The notes under the pieces were generated by a model that searched no databases, was not told the origin of the DNA, and was given only the letters and a program-made list of their open reading frames with translations. A stretch of 64,000 nucleotides of DNA from Alphaproteobacteria bacterium (GTDB taxonomy: Bacteria; Pseudomonadota; Alphaproteobacteria; MPNO01; UBA830): the NCBI GenBank assembly GCA_965243135.1, contig OZ251539.1, forward strand, positions 3,008,001 through 3,072,000, given 5' to 3'. The position numbers and the translations under genes were made by a program. This document shows positions 22,260 through 32,756 of the stretch, in pieces (the first letter of the stretch is position 1; each line of letters starts with the position of its first letter).

Positions 22260-23169
22260 GGCTGCTTCCTTTCCGAATCGGTCTCGTCGCGAAAGGACTC
22301 TCACCATGAAATATATGGGGTGCCCGGAACGCGATGCAACCCCCGCGAGCCGAACGCCGGACCCGAAACCATCCCCGGTCCGACGCCCTCTGGCCGCTCG
22401 CCGCCGTCTTCCAGATTCCGGCGTCCGCCACCGGGACCCGGCGCCGTCTGTGCGCCGTAAAGGTTTTGCCAACTCCGGCCGGCCGGTTCGCGGCGGCGCC
22501 CGGCATGGAGTTCCGGAATCTTGGTTCGGCAAAGCCTCCTGGACGATTTCGCGCGCTTGCAGAGGTTGCTGGCGAACGAGGTCTTCGCCTGCCGCAGCGA
22601 GGCCGCGCGTGCGCAGCGCTCGGGTTTCGGGACGGACTTGACCGCCTGCAGCGAGCGGGCTGCCTGAAGGCGTCGGCGGAATTTCGGGGCGGCGTGCGCT
22701 GCCGTCGCCGACGCGGGGTGGCGCGCGGCGTCCGCGGCGCCGCAGACGGAAGCCGTTCACGGGCGTTCCGCGACGGAAAGCGCGTGCAGGGTCTTCGTGA
22801 ACGCTCTCGTTCCGCTCGACGTCGCGAACGCGACGGCGCGCAACGGGTAAACCTGGAGGTCGGAGAGGCGGCCCGGACACGCTGTCGAACTTGCCGTGCT
22901 GCGAGCGGCTCGCCGCCAGGGCGCGAAAGCGGCCGTGTACGTCGATCCGGTCGAGACGCTCGCCGTGCCTGGAAGAGCCGGAGTCGCGGCGGCGAAGCTG
23001 CGGGTCGAAAAGCTGGACGCTTTCGCCGACGCGGCCAGCGTCGGCTCTCGCGAAGAAAGCGACCGGACGACGCCGGACGTTCGCAACCGGTCCGCGTTTC
23101 GCCGCGAGGGCGACGGCCCCGTTCTTTTTTCGGGACGCGGTTCCGGAAGCGCCGGCCGCGCGCGCGAAG

Positions 23170-23586
23170 TCAACGAGGCTTCGGCGCCCCTGGAGGGCGG
23201 CTTTCGCCGTCCGGCGCCGTCCGGCTTCTCTGCGCGCCGAGCACGGCGAGACTCCACCCGTCGAGCCTTCCCTTGGCCACCCGTTCGCCAAGTTTGGACA
23301 CCTCGCCGCGGAGCGACGCGACATCGGTTCGCAGCGAAGTGAAATCGGTTCGCAGCGAAGTGAAATCGGTTCGCAGCGAAGTGAAATCGCGGCGCAATCC
23401 CGCAATGTTTTCGTTCGTCGATATGCGCAATGCCTCAATGCTTTCGTTCGTGGACGCCCGCGACGCCTCGAATCTCTCGTTCATGTCCATGCGCAACACT
23501 GCGATTTCCCTGCTCGTAGCCATGCGTCCTTCCAACGCGGCCAGCGCAATCCCGACTCCGAGTATGGTCCGCAATTCCGTCTTCAT
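23170..23586 (-). CDS. Membrane-anchored heptad-repeat coiled-coil protein
   Basis: GGAGG RBS; hydrophobic TILGVGIALAAL; 21-bp tandem repeats at about 23323-23389 encode (DFTSLRT)x3. Confidence 0.65.
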   Translation of the reverse strand: MKTELRTILGVGIALAALEGRMATSREIAVLRMDMNERFEASRASTNESIEALRISTNENIAGLRRDFTSLRTDFTSLRTDFTSLRTDVASLRGEVSKLGERVAKGRLDGWSLAVLGAQRSRTAPDGESRPPGAPKPR

Positions 23587-24110
23587 CGTTCCGTACCTCC
23601 GGGACGCCCCCGGCAGCCTCTCGCCGGAGCCGGTTGCAGCCTCAAGCTCCTCTTCCGCCCGACCAGCTGCAACGGACAGAATAGCAGGAATCGCTCCCGA
23701 GGCCTGACAAATGCGCCTCCGCCGCCTGCCGATCTTTGCCTCTGGCATCCACGAAGCGCCGTCCGCCGCTGTCGACGGAATTCGGGAACCTCCCCGACGA
23801 GAACGAGCTGGGGACCTCCCTGGCTATCCCTGCCTGTGCCCCGTGGACTATCCTCCGTCCTCAAGCTCCCGCGCCCTCTCAAGCTTGAAGCGCAACATGC
23901 ATGGTGGCCGACCGTCCGCATGCAGCGGAGAGGTCAGGCGGTCGATCTCCGTCGATGAACGGCAAGGAGACATGGCCAAAGGCCGCCGACCCGTCGCCCT
24001 GAAGGGCAGGTCGAACCGCGAAGAAGCCGCTCAACCCATCCCCATACTGTCCTCGGGCTGCCGGCCGCCGGTATTGCACTTCCGAGCTGATAGCGGGCGT
24101 TCAAACGCTC

Positions 24111-24186
<76 letters not shown>

Positions 24187-24503
24187 ATCATGGTAGGCGT
24201 TATATTGCGGATCGGGCGGGTGCGCAAGAGAAACCTGCAAGAGGCTCCAGCGCTGCGCCTCGATCGCCGCCCCGCCGCTCGAAGAGCGCGCCAAGGCGGT
24301 CGGCTCCGCTCGTACCGAAGGGCGGGCGCGGTTCGGTGCAGTTTGACGGCTCCCGTCACGCGCGCCGGCAACTCCTCGCCGTCCTCGCCCGCATGATCGC
24401 CGAACCCGGCGAGACGGTCGTGCGGCCAGCGGCGTCTCGAAGCGCTGCCTGGCCGTTCCTTCTTCCGCGACCCCTGTCGCACCGACGCCGCGACCGCGAA
24501 GCT

Positions 24504-24564
24504 CGGCGTCGGTCGCCTCCAGCAACGCCGACGGCGTCGGTCGCCTCCAGCAACGCCGACGGCG
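24504..24564. repeat. 28-bp tandem repeat x2, each unit a GC hairpin
   Basis: cggcgtcggtcgcctccagcaacgccga repeated directly between rodA and tRNA-Lys. Confidence 0.8.
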
Positions 24565-24714
24565 CCGGCCTTGCTGACGCCTGCGCGCGCAACGCGCCGG
24601 CCGGCCCTCGACCCCCGCCCGGCGAAGGTCGAGCGGAAAGAGAGCCCGTTTCAGGCCCGCCCGAACGGCTTCCCCGCCCCGGTCGCCTTGTCGAGTCCGC
24701 CGCCCGCCCCGGCG

Positions 24715-25854
24715 TCATTCCCGACGCTGCGGATGCCATCCTTCCGCCCGGAGGTCCGTCTGGTCGTGGTGGACGTTCACGCAGACGATCAACCCCAGTC
24801 CGATCATCACCGTCAGCATTGCGGTGCCGCCATGGGACACCAGCGGCAGCGGCACGCCGACGACCGGAATCAACCCGAGCACCATGGCGACGTTGATGAA
24901 CATGTAGCAGAACAGCATGCTCGTCACGCCGACGGCGATCAGGGACCCGAAATGGTTCCTCGACCTGAGCCCGATCGCCAGCCCGTAGACGAGGATCAGC
25001 ACGTAGAGGAAGAGCAGCCCCAGGCTGCCGGTCAGACCGAACTCCTCCGCCAGCATGGTGAAGATGAAATCGGTATGCCGTTCCGGCAGGAAATCGAGAT
25101 GGCTCTGGGAGCCGTTCAGGAACCCCTTGCCCGTGACGCCGCCCGAGCCGAACGCGATCTTCGACTGCTGAATGTGGTACCCGGCGTCGTGAGGATCGTT
25201 CTCGGGATTCAGAAACGTCAGAACCCGTTCCTGCTGGTAGGGCCGGAGCATCCTGAACACGAGCGGCATCGCCAGAGCGGACGCGGCAATCACGGAGCCG
25301 AATATCCACAGGCGCACGCCGGCGAGAAAGCACATCGCCGCGCCGACCAGGATCATGAACAGCGTCGTGCCCAGATCCGGCTGTCTCAACACCAGGACGC
25401 ACGGCGCCGCGACCAACGCCAACGGCACGATCAGATAGGGCAGCAGCCGTATCTTGTCGAAGGATATGTCGTGAAAATACCGCGCCAAGGCCAGTACGAG
25501 TCCGATCTTCATCAGTTCCGAGGGCTGCAGCGTGACGGGACCGAGATCGATCCAGCGGCGGGCGCCCATTCCGACCATTCCGGCGAACTCCACGGACGCC
25601 AGGACGGCCAGAAACAGAGCGTAAATCGTGTAGGCGTGGCGCAGCCATACGCGAAGATCGACCAGGGCCACGGCGAACAGCACGACAAGGACGATTCCGA
25701 ACCGCACCAGATGGCGCCGCGCCCACGGATCCCATGCGCCGTCGGCGGCCGAGTATTGCATGCCCACTCCGACGGCGGCCGTGGCGCAGATCAGCGCGAC
25801 GAGGCCCCAGTTGATCCGCAACGCCTTGCGGCCGATGTCGGAAAGCTCCGCCAT
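24715..25854 (-). CDS. rodA: Rod shape-determining protein RodA
   Basis: GARRWI, LQPSELMK, QPDLGT, LPERHTDFIF, GVPLPLVSHGG; follows PBP2. Confidence 0.96.
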   Translation of the reverse strand: MAELSDIGRKALRINWGLVALICATAAVGVGMQYSAADGAWDPWARRHLVRFGIVLVVLFAVALVDLRVWLRHAYTIYALFLAVLASVEFAGMVGMGARRWIDLGPVTLQPSELMKIGLVLALARYFHDISFDKIRLLPYLIVPLALVAAPCVLVLRQPDLGTTLFMILVGAAMCFLAGVRLWIFGSVIAASALAMPLVFRMLRPYQQERVLTFLNPENDPHDAGYHIQQSKIAFGSGGVTGKGFLNGSQSHLDFLPERHTDFIFTMLAEEFGLTGSLGLLFLYVLILVYGLAIGLRSRNHFGSLIAVGVTSMLFCYMFINVAMVLGLIPVVGVPLPLVSHGGTAMLTVMIGLGLIVCVNVHHDQTDLRAEGWHPQRRE

Positions 25855-27678
25855 TCAGGCCTCGCTGCCCGCGACGGGCGCGGTATCTTTCCTTTGCACG
25901 GCGGAGAGAAGCTCGCGGACGATCGGAGCCGCGACTCCCGAACCGCTGCCGCCATGCATGACGACCACCGCGGCGGCGTATCGCGGGCGATGCGACGGCG
26001 CGAAACCGACGAACAGCGCATGATCGCGCCGGTTCCACGGCAGCTCTTCGTTCTTCAAGACCTTTTTCAGCCGCTCCCGCCTGGTGATTCTCCGCACCTG
26101 CACGGTGCCCGTCTTGCCCGACATCTCGAAGCCTTCCTCCGGGATGCGCGCCTTGTAGGCCGTGCCTCCGCGAACGTTGCAGACGCGGTACATCCCCTCG
26201 CGCACCACCTCCAGCGCCTCCTCCGAAACCCCGAGCGGCTCGAAGGCCGGACTGCCGGTTCCGGAAAGACGCGGCTTCACCGCCACGCGGCCGTTGGCGA
26301 GGCGCGCCGCCATCACCGCGAGCTGCAGCGGAGTCGCCGTGAGGAAACCCTGCCCGATCCCCGCGTTGTAGGTATCGCCCCGCTGCCAGGAGACGCCCCT
26401 CGTCGCCTGCTTCCAGGCTCGCGTCGGCACGAGGCCGCCCTTTTCGCCCGGAAGCCCGATTCCCGTCTTGCGTCCCAGCCCGAAGCGCACCGACATCTCG
26501 GCGATCCGGTCGATGCCGATGCGATCCGCGAGTTTGTAGAAATAGACGTCGCAAGAATGCTGAAGCGCGCCGATCATGTCTTGCCATCCGTGACCGTGCT
26601 TCTTCCAGCAATGGGCGCGCCGGTTGCCGACCTGGACGTGGCCGACGCATCTGATCCGATGGTCCGCGTCCACGATCCCCGCTTCCAGCGCCGCCAGCGC
26701 GACGATCATCTTGAAAGTGGAACCGGGCGGGAACTGCCCCGCTATCGCCTTGTCCGACAGGGGCGAGAGCGGATCCCCGGTTAGCCGCGCCCACTCCCGA
26801 GACGACAGACCGGTCACGAACGCATTGGGATCGAAGCCCGGAACGGACGCCAGAACCAGGACGTCGCCGGTCTCGACCTCCATGATGGCGGCGGCCGCGC
26901 TTTTCTGCCTCCGCAGCAGGTCCGCCGCCTCGATCTGCAAGTCGCGATCCAGCGTCAGGCGAACGTCTTTTCCCGTCTGCCCCTCGCGACGGGACAGTTC
27001 GCGGATCACCCGTCCCATGGCGTTGACCTCGACCTGACGATTGCCGGCTCCGCCGCGCAGACCGGAGTCGAACGCGCGCTCGGCCCCGGCCTTGCCGATC
27101 TTGAAGCCGGGCAGCGACAGAAGGGGATCGTTGCCCGTCTCCTCCCTGGAGGCCGCCGCCACGTAACCCAGAACGTGCGCGAAATCCTCCCTGAAAGGAT
27201 ACTGCCGGCTCTGGCCGACCTTGATGGAAATCCCGGGAAGGTCGGGCGCATTGACCTCGATTCGGGAAACGTCCTCCCAGCTCAAATTCTCCCGAACCGT
27301 CACCGGCACGAAACCGCGGCTGCGCCGCACGGTCCGCAATATGCGCCGGCGTTCGCCGTCGCCGAGTCGGATCAGGCGGGACAGCGCCGCAAGGGTCGCC
27401 TCGACGTCCTTCGCCTGTTCGGCGACCAGGATGAGCCTGTAGTCTTCGCGGTTCACCGCCACCGGATTGCCGTAACGATCGAGAATGCGGCCGCGCAGCG
27501 GCGGAAGAAGCTGCAGATTGATTCGGTTGTCTTCGGCCAAAGTTCTGTATTTGCCGGACTCGACGACCTGCAGCTGGTACATCCGGCTGACCAAAAGGCC
27601 CGTCAACAGCAGCTTGCCGCCGGCGAGAAGCGCCGCCCGGCGCGAAAACGACTTGTATTTCTCGGCGTTATTGTACAT
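25855..27678 (-). CDS. mrdA: Penicillin-binding protein 2
   Basis: RGRILDRYG, PPGSTFK (SxxK), SCD, KTGT motifs; mre operon context. Confidence 0.96.
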   Translation of the reverse strand: MYNNAEKYKSFSRRAALLAGGKLLLTGLLVSRMYQLQVVESGKYRTLAEDNRINLQLLPPLRGRILDRYGNPVAVNREDYRLILVAEQAKDVEATLAALSRLIRLGDGERRRILRTVRRSRGFVPVTVRENLSWEDVSRIEVNAPDLPGISIKVGQSRQYPFREDFAHVLGYVAAASREETGNDPLLSLPGFKIGKAGAERAFDSGLRGGAGNRQVEVNAMGRVIRELSRREGQTGKDVRLTLDRDLQIEAADLLRRQKSAAAAIMEVETGDVLVLASVPGFDPNAFVTGLSSREWARLTGDPLSPLSDKAIAGQFPPGSTFKMIVALAALEAGIVDADHRIRCVGHVQVGNRRAHCWKKHGHGWQDMIGALQHSCDVYFYKLADRIGIDRIAEMSVRFGLGRKTGIGLPGEKGGLVPTRAWKQATRGVSWQRGDTYNAGIGQGFLTATPLQLAVMAARLANGRVAVKPRLSGTGSPAFEPLGVSEEALEVVREGMYRVCNVRGGTAYKARIPEEGFEMSGKTGTVQVRRITRRERLKKVLKNEELPWNRRDHALFVGFAPSHRPRYAAAVVVMHGGSGSGVAAPIVRELLSAVQRKDTAPVAGSEA

Positions 27679-28189
27679 TCAACCTGAGCAGCGTGTGCTG
27701 CATCCGCGCCAGAAACCACGCGACGAACGGGAAGGCGGCCACCGTCAGCGCGGCCTGGAACAACGCCGGCGCGGGATCGAGAAGAATCGCGTTCAAGGCC
27801 GACGCGAGCGCCCAGGAGGCTACCGACGTTGCGGCCGCGACCAGGGCGAAGCACCACCAGATCACGGCGAAGGACTTGTCGGCGAAGAAAGCGCGCTGCA
27901 CGGCCGCGGCGCCGCTCACGAACAGCAGCAGGAGCGCGTTCGTCCCGAGGGGCGCGCCGACGAGCACGTCCTGCCACAGGCCAAGGCCGAACGCGGCATA
28001 GGCGGGAAAGAGGTCGCGCCGATGAACGGACCAGTAGAACACCGCGATCAACGCGGCGTTGACGGCGATCTGACCGTAACCCGGAATGTGGAACGGCAGC
28101 GCCGTCGCCGTCGCCAGAATCACGCTGACGAGAAAAGGCGAAAGCAGCCTGGCGGCGCGTTCCAGCTGTCCCAGGACGCCGCCCATCAT
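27668..28189 (-). CDS. mreD: Rod shape-determining protein MreD
   Basis: Hydrophobic ~173 aa; VFYWS, GLWQDVLVGAPLG; between mreC and mrdA. Confidence 0.9.
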   Translation of the reverse strand: MMGGVLGQLERAARLLSPFLVSVILATATALPFHIPGYGQIAVNAALIAVFYWSVHRRDLFPAYAAFGLGLWQDVLVGAPLGTNALLLLFVSGAAAVQRAFFADKSFAVIWWCFALVAAATSVASWALASALNAILLDPAPALFQAALTVAAFPFVAWFLARMQHTLLRLNVQ

Positions 28190-29031
28190 CGCACCAGCTC
28201 GCCGACCTCCTTGCCGGGATACCCGGTCAGGACGCGAACGGCTTCGAGCCGGTCGACGTCCGCGAAGGGCCGAATCCGGATCGGGCCGTCGGGCGGCCCG
28301 ACCACTCGGCCGACCGGCACGCCCGGAGGAAACATGCCCCCGTGACCCGACGTGACAATCCTGTCGCCGGGCCGGAGAAGGGCGTTCGGAGACACGAAAT
28401 CCAGCCCGGGCAGTCCGCTGTTGTTGCCCGCCAGGATCGCCCGCGCGCGCGTCCTCTCGGCGAGAACGGGTATGCGGGAGTTCAAGTCCGTGATCAGCAG
28501 AACGCGGGCGGAGCGCAGTCCGGCTTCGGCGACGCGTCCGACGAGCCCCTCGGCGTTCGCTACGGCGTCGCCCTTCGCGATGCCGTCGCCCGCCCCTCCG
28601 TTCACCAGCACCGTCCGCGCGTAGACGCCTCCGGAGTCGCCCACCACGCGCACCGTCACGAAGGTCTCGCCGTGTTCCGCGACATGGTTCGTCAACCGTC
28701 GGAGAACGGCGTTCTCCGACGCAAGGACGCGCGCCTTGTCGCGCCACGCCATGAGACGCGCGTTCTGCTCTCTCAGGCGCGCGTTCTCGGCGTGAACTTC
28801 CAAAAACCTGTCGACTTCCTCGACGCCCGCGGACAGGGTCGCGAGAGGGCGCGACAATCCGTCCATGACGGGCGCGACGAAATCCGTCGCGTGCACGCGG
28901 AAACGCTCCACCACCAGGGTATCGGCCTTGCCAAGGAGCATGATGGCGAACGCGGCGAGGGCGAGAAACAGAAAGCCGAGACGCTGGCCCGGTCCGCGCG
29001 TCGCGAACCTCGCGAATGAACGCGCCTTCAT
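28186..29031 (-). CDS. mreC: Rod shape-determining protein MreC
   Basis: N-terminal TM, coiled coil, GLVGRV, VLLITD, VTSGHGGMFPPGVPVG. Confidence 0.94.
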   Translation of the reverse strand: MKARSFARFATRGPGQRLGFLFLALAAFAIMLLGKADTLVVERFRVHATDFVAPVMDGLSRPLATLSAGVEEVDRFLEVHAENARLREQNARLMAWRDKARVLASENAVLRRLTNHVAEHGETFVTVRVVGDSGGVYARTVLVNGGAGDGIAKGDAVANAEGLVGRVAEAGLRSARVLLITDLNSRIPVLAERTRARAILAGNNSGLPGLDFVSPNALLRPGDRIVTSGHGGMFPPGVPVGRVVGPPDGPIRIRPFADVDRLEAVRVLTGYPGKEVGELVR

Positions 29032-29067
29032 CGCAGCGCCTCCGCGCCGCGCTCCCGGCGGAAAACG

Positions 29068-30117
<1,050 letters not shown>

Positions 30118-30131
30118 TCAACCCCGCGGCC

Positions 30132-31673
30132 TCACGCAGTCTGCCGGGCCGGCCCGGCCTTTTCCCGGCCGGCCGTCAACTTGTTCAGCGCATTGACGTA
30201 AGCGCGCGCCGACGCCACCAGCGTGTCGGTGTCGGCGCCTCGTCCGTTCGCCGTCCTGCCGTCCTCCCCGAGACGAACCGTCACTTCCGCCTGCGCGTCC
30301 GTGCCCTCCGTAACGGCATGCACCTGATACAGCTGCAAGCGCGCGGTGGCGCCGGTCAGTTGCTTTATCGCGTTGAAGGTCGCGTCGACCGGACCGTCGC
30401 CGGTCGCCGTGGCGCTGCGTCTCGCGTTCTCGACGTCCAGTTCCAGTTCGGCCGTCTGCGGCCCGAACGAGCCGCACACGACACGCAGCGAAACGAACCG
30501 GATCCGGTCGCTGCCGCGCATCACCTCGTCGTCGACCAATGCGACGATGTCGTCGTCGAAGACTTCGCGTTTCTTGTCCGCGAGCTCCTTGAAGCGGCGG
30601 AAAGCGTCCTGGAAAGCGTTGTCGCCGAGCCGGTAGCCGAGTTCGCGCAGTTTTTCCCGGAACGCATGGCGCCCGGACAGTTTCCCGAGGACGAGCTTGG
30701 ATTCCGCCAGCCCGACCGATTCGGGCGTCATGATTTCGTAGGTGCTGGCGTTCTTGAGGACGCCGTCCTGGTGGATTCCCGATTCGTGCGCGAAGGCGTT
30801 CGCTCCGACGATCGCCTTGTTGGGCTGCACCGTGAAGCCGGTGACGGCCGACACCAGGCGCGAGGCCTTCGTGATCATTTCGGTTCTGACGCCGGTCTCG
30901 AAGGGCAACATGTCGTTCCGGGTGCGGAGCGCCATGACGATCTCCTCGAGCGCCGCGTTGCCCGCGCGCTCCCCGAGGCCGTTGACGGTGCATTCGACCT
31001 GGCGGGCGCCCGCGGCGACGCCCGCCAGCGAATTGGCCACCGCCAGGCCGAGGTCGTCGTGGCAATGGGTCGAGAACACCGCCTTGTCGCTGTTGGGCAC
31101 GCGTTCGATCAGCATGCGAATCAGCCCGCCGAACTCTTCCGGGATCGAGTAGCCGACGGTATCGGGCAGGTTGATGCAGGTCGCCCCGGCCTTGATCGCC
31201 CCTTCGACGCAGCGGCACAGGAAATCCGGTTCCGACCGCGTGCCGTCCTCCGGCGACCAGTCGACGTCGTCGGTGAACCGGCGCGCGTGCGCCACGCTGT
31301 CGACGACGTGCCGGTAGACGTCGTCCGGCTCCATCTGCAACTTGTACTTCATGTGCAGCGGGCTCGTGGCGATGAAGGTGTGGATGCGTCCCCGGGCCGC
31401 CGGCCGCAACGCTTCGGCCGCGCGCTCGACGTCCTGTCGCGGCGATCGGGCGAGAGCGCAAACCGTCGCGTTGCGGACCAGTTTCGCGATCTCGTTCACC
31501 GCCTCGAAATCGCCCCGCGACGCGATCGGAAAACCCGCCTCGATCACGTCGACGCCCAACGCTTCGAGCGTTTCGGCGATTCTCAGCTTCTCTTCGATGT
31601 TCATCGACGCGCCCGGCGACTGCTCGCCGTCGCGCAGCGTGGTGTCGAATATGGAAATCTTTTCGGCGTTCAT
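30132..31673 (-). CDS. leuA: 2-isopropylmalate synthase
   Basis: IFDTTLRDGEQSPG, HCHDDLG, GERAGNA, HESGIHQDG, and a C-terminal regulatory domain with GDGPVDA. Confidence 0.97.
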   Translation of the reverse strand: MNAEKISIFDTTLRDGEQSPGASMNIEEKLRIAETLEALGVDVIEAGFPIASRGDFEAVNEIAKLVRNATVCALARSPRQDVERAAEALRPAARGRIHTFIATSPLHMKYKLQMEPDDVYRHVVDSVAHARRFTDDVDWSPEDGTRSEPDFLCRCVEGAIKAGATCINLPDTVGYSIPEEFGGLIRMLIERVPNSDKAVFSTHCHDDLGLAVANSLAGVAAGARQVECTVNGLGERAGNAALEEIVMALRTRNDMLPFETGVRTEMITKASRLVSAVTGFTVQPNKAIVGANAFAHESGIHQDGVLKNASTYEIMTPESVGLAESKLVLGKLSGRHAFREKLRELGYRLGDNAFQDAFRRFKELADKKREVFDDDIVALVDDEVMRGSDRIRFVSLRVVCGSFGPQTAELELDVENARRSATATGDGPVDATFNAIKQLTGATARLQLYQVHAVTEGTDAQAEVTVRLGEDGRTANGRGADTDTLVASARAYVNALNKLTAGREKAGPARQTA

Positions 31674-31704
31674 CTGAGTGCTCCTCTCCGGTCGGATGTT
31701 CGGC

Positions 31705-31816
31705 AACCCCCTGGGCGGCACTGCGGAACGCGCATAGCCGCTCAGGGGCATCCAAGGAGAGCGTCGGCAAGCGGACGCAGCGCGGAGACCCCACGGTCCG
31801 TTTTCGTCCGGTTCAT
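31705..31816 (-). promoter_or_regulatory. Putative leuA leader peptide plus hairpin (attenuator-like)
   Basis: ATG 31816 gives MNRTKTDRGVSALRPLADALLGCP* (4 Leu near the end); the stop overlaps the stem CCCCTGAGCGGC...GCCGCCCAGGGG. Confidence 0.55.
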
Positions 31817-32721
31817 TCCGTCACTCCACCGGCATCGGCGACCCCGTTTCGCCGCCCCCGCGGCGCGGATTTCGCGCAGATGCTCTCGCAACCTGTTAAT
31901 AACCAGCATTTACGATTTATTTTTACACCTTTATCCAAGGCCATGCAACGTTTTTTTGCGAGAGCCGTTTGCGCTGTGCCACTTTTGTCGGCCTGCCGCC
32001 CGGACGACGCCCCGCAAGGGCCTCGCGGGTGCTCAGTCTTCAGAACAAAAGGCGAGTGTTGCCGCACCGCGCACCGCAAACCCGGTGCAAGCCGGGCCGT
32101 GGCCTGAACGCAGGCGGCCAGGGGGCGGCGCCCGGCCGGCCGTGGGGTGGAATCTGCGAAAATCGCAGTCTCGGCGCGGAGAATTCGCAGTTTTCCGTAC
32201 CCGAGGAAAAATTTTCGCACCCCGGAAAGCTGTCCGCATCTCAAGACATTACGTACAGCGCACGCAGCTCTGCGATGGCGACGCAGGCGTTCCGTCGCGC
32301 TCGCGACGTTCGCGAATTCCGCCCCGCAAGGAAAGCGCGCCGCGGCAGGAAAACGACGACGAACCGTTTCCCGGACCGTCCGCCGCAGGGGTTCGCGAAC
32401 TTCGCCGATTCGCCGAGCCTCGGGGGTCTACGCCGTCGCGGAACGGCGCGCAACGATTTTTCGTCGCGACTTTGCGGTCCCGAAACGCGGAAACTTTCGC
32501 GGACCGCCGCGCCGCGCTTTCGGCAGGAGCCGGAAGCTGTCGGCGGACAAGGGCGGGCGGGACGGCTCGCCCCGAATCTGCCGCGCGTCGCCGGGGCGAC
32601 AGTCCATCTTCGGCCGCCCGCCTGCGCGACCCTTGCGGGTCTGCCGACGGGCGGCCGGCAATCCGCGGGGCGCCGAACGGACGGCAGCCGACAAAATCGG
32701 AACGGTGCAAACGCCTCCTCC

Positions 32722-32750
32722 TTGACGGCTCCGGTGCGGCGGACTACTCT
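32722..32750 (+). promoter_or_regulatory. Sigma70-like promoter of AAA copy 3 (probably leaderless)
   Basis: TTGACG (32722)-17 nt-TACTCT (32745)-6 nt-ATG (32757). Confidence 0.65.
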
Positions 32751-32756
32751 CTTGGG

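Noticed and set aside
23323-23389. 21-bp repeats as CRISPR or iterons
   Set aside because: No spacers; they encode in-frame heptads of a coiled-coil ORF.
30318-32756. 1327-aa ORF suggesting a giant AAA fusion
   Set aside because: The N-terminal part is the antisense shadow of leuA plus GC-rich intergenic DNA; promoter and paralogues place the start at 32757.
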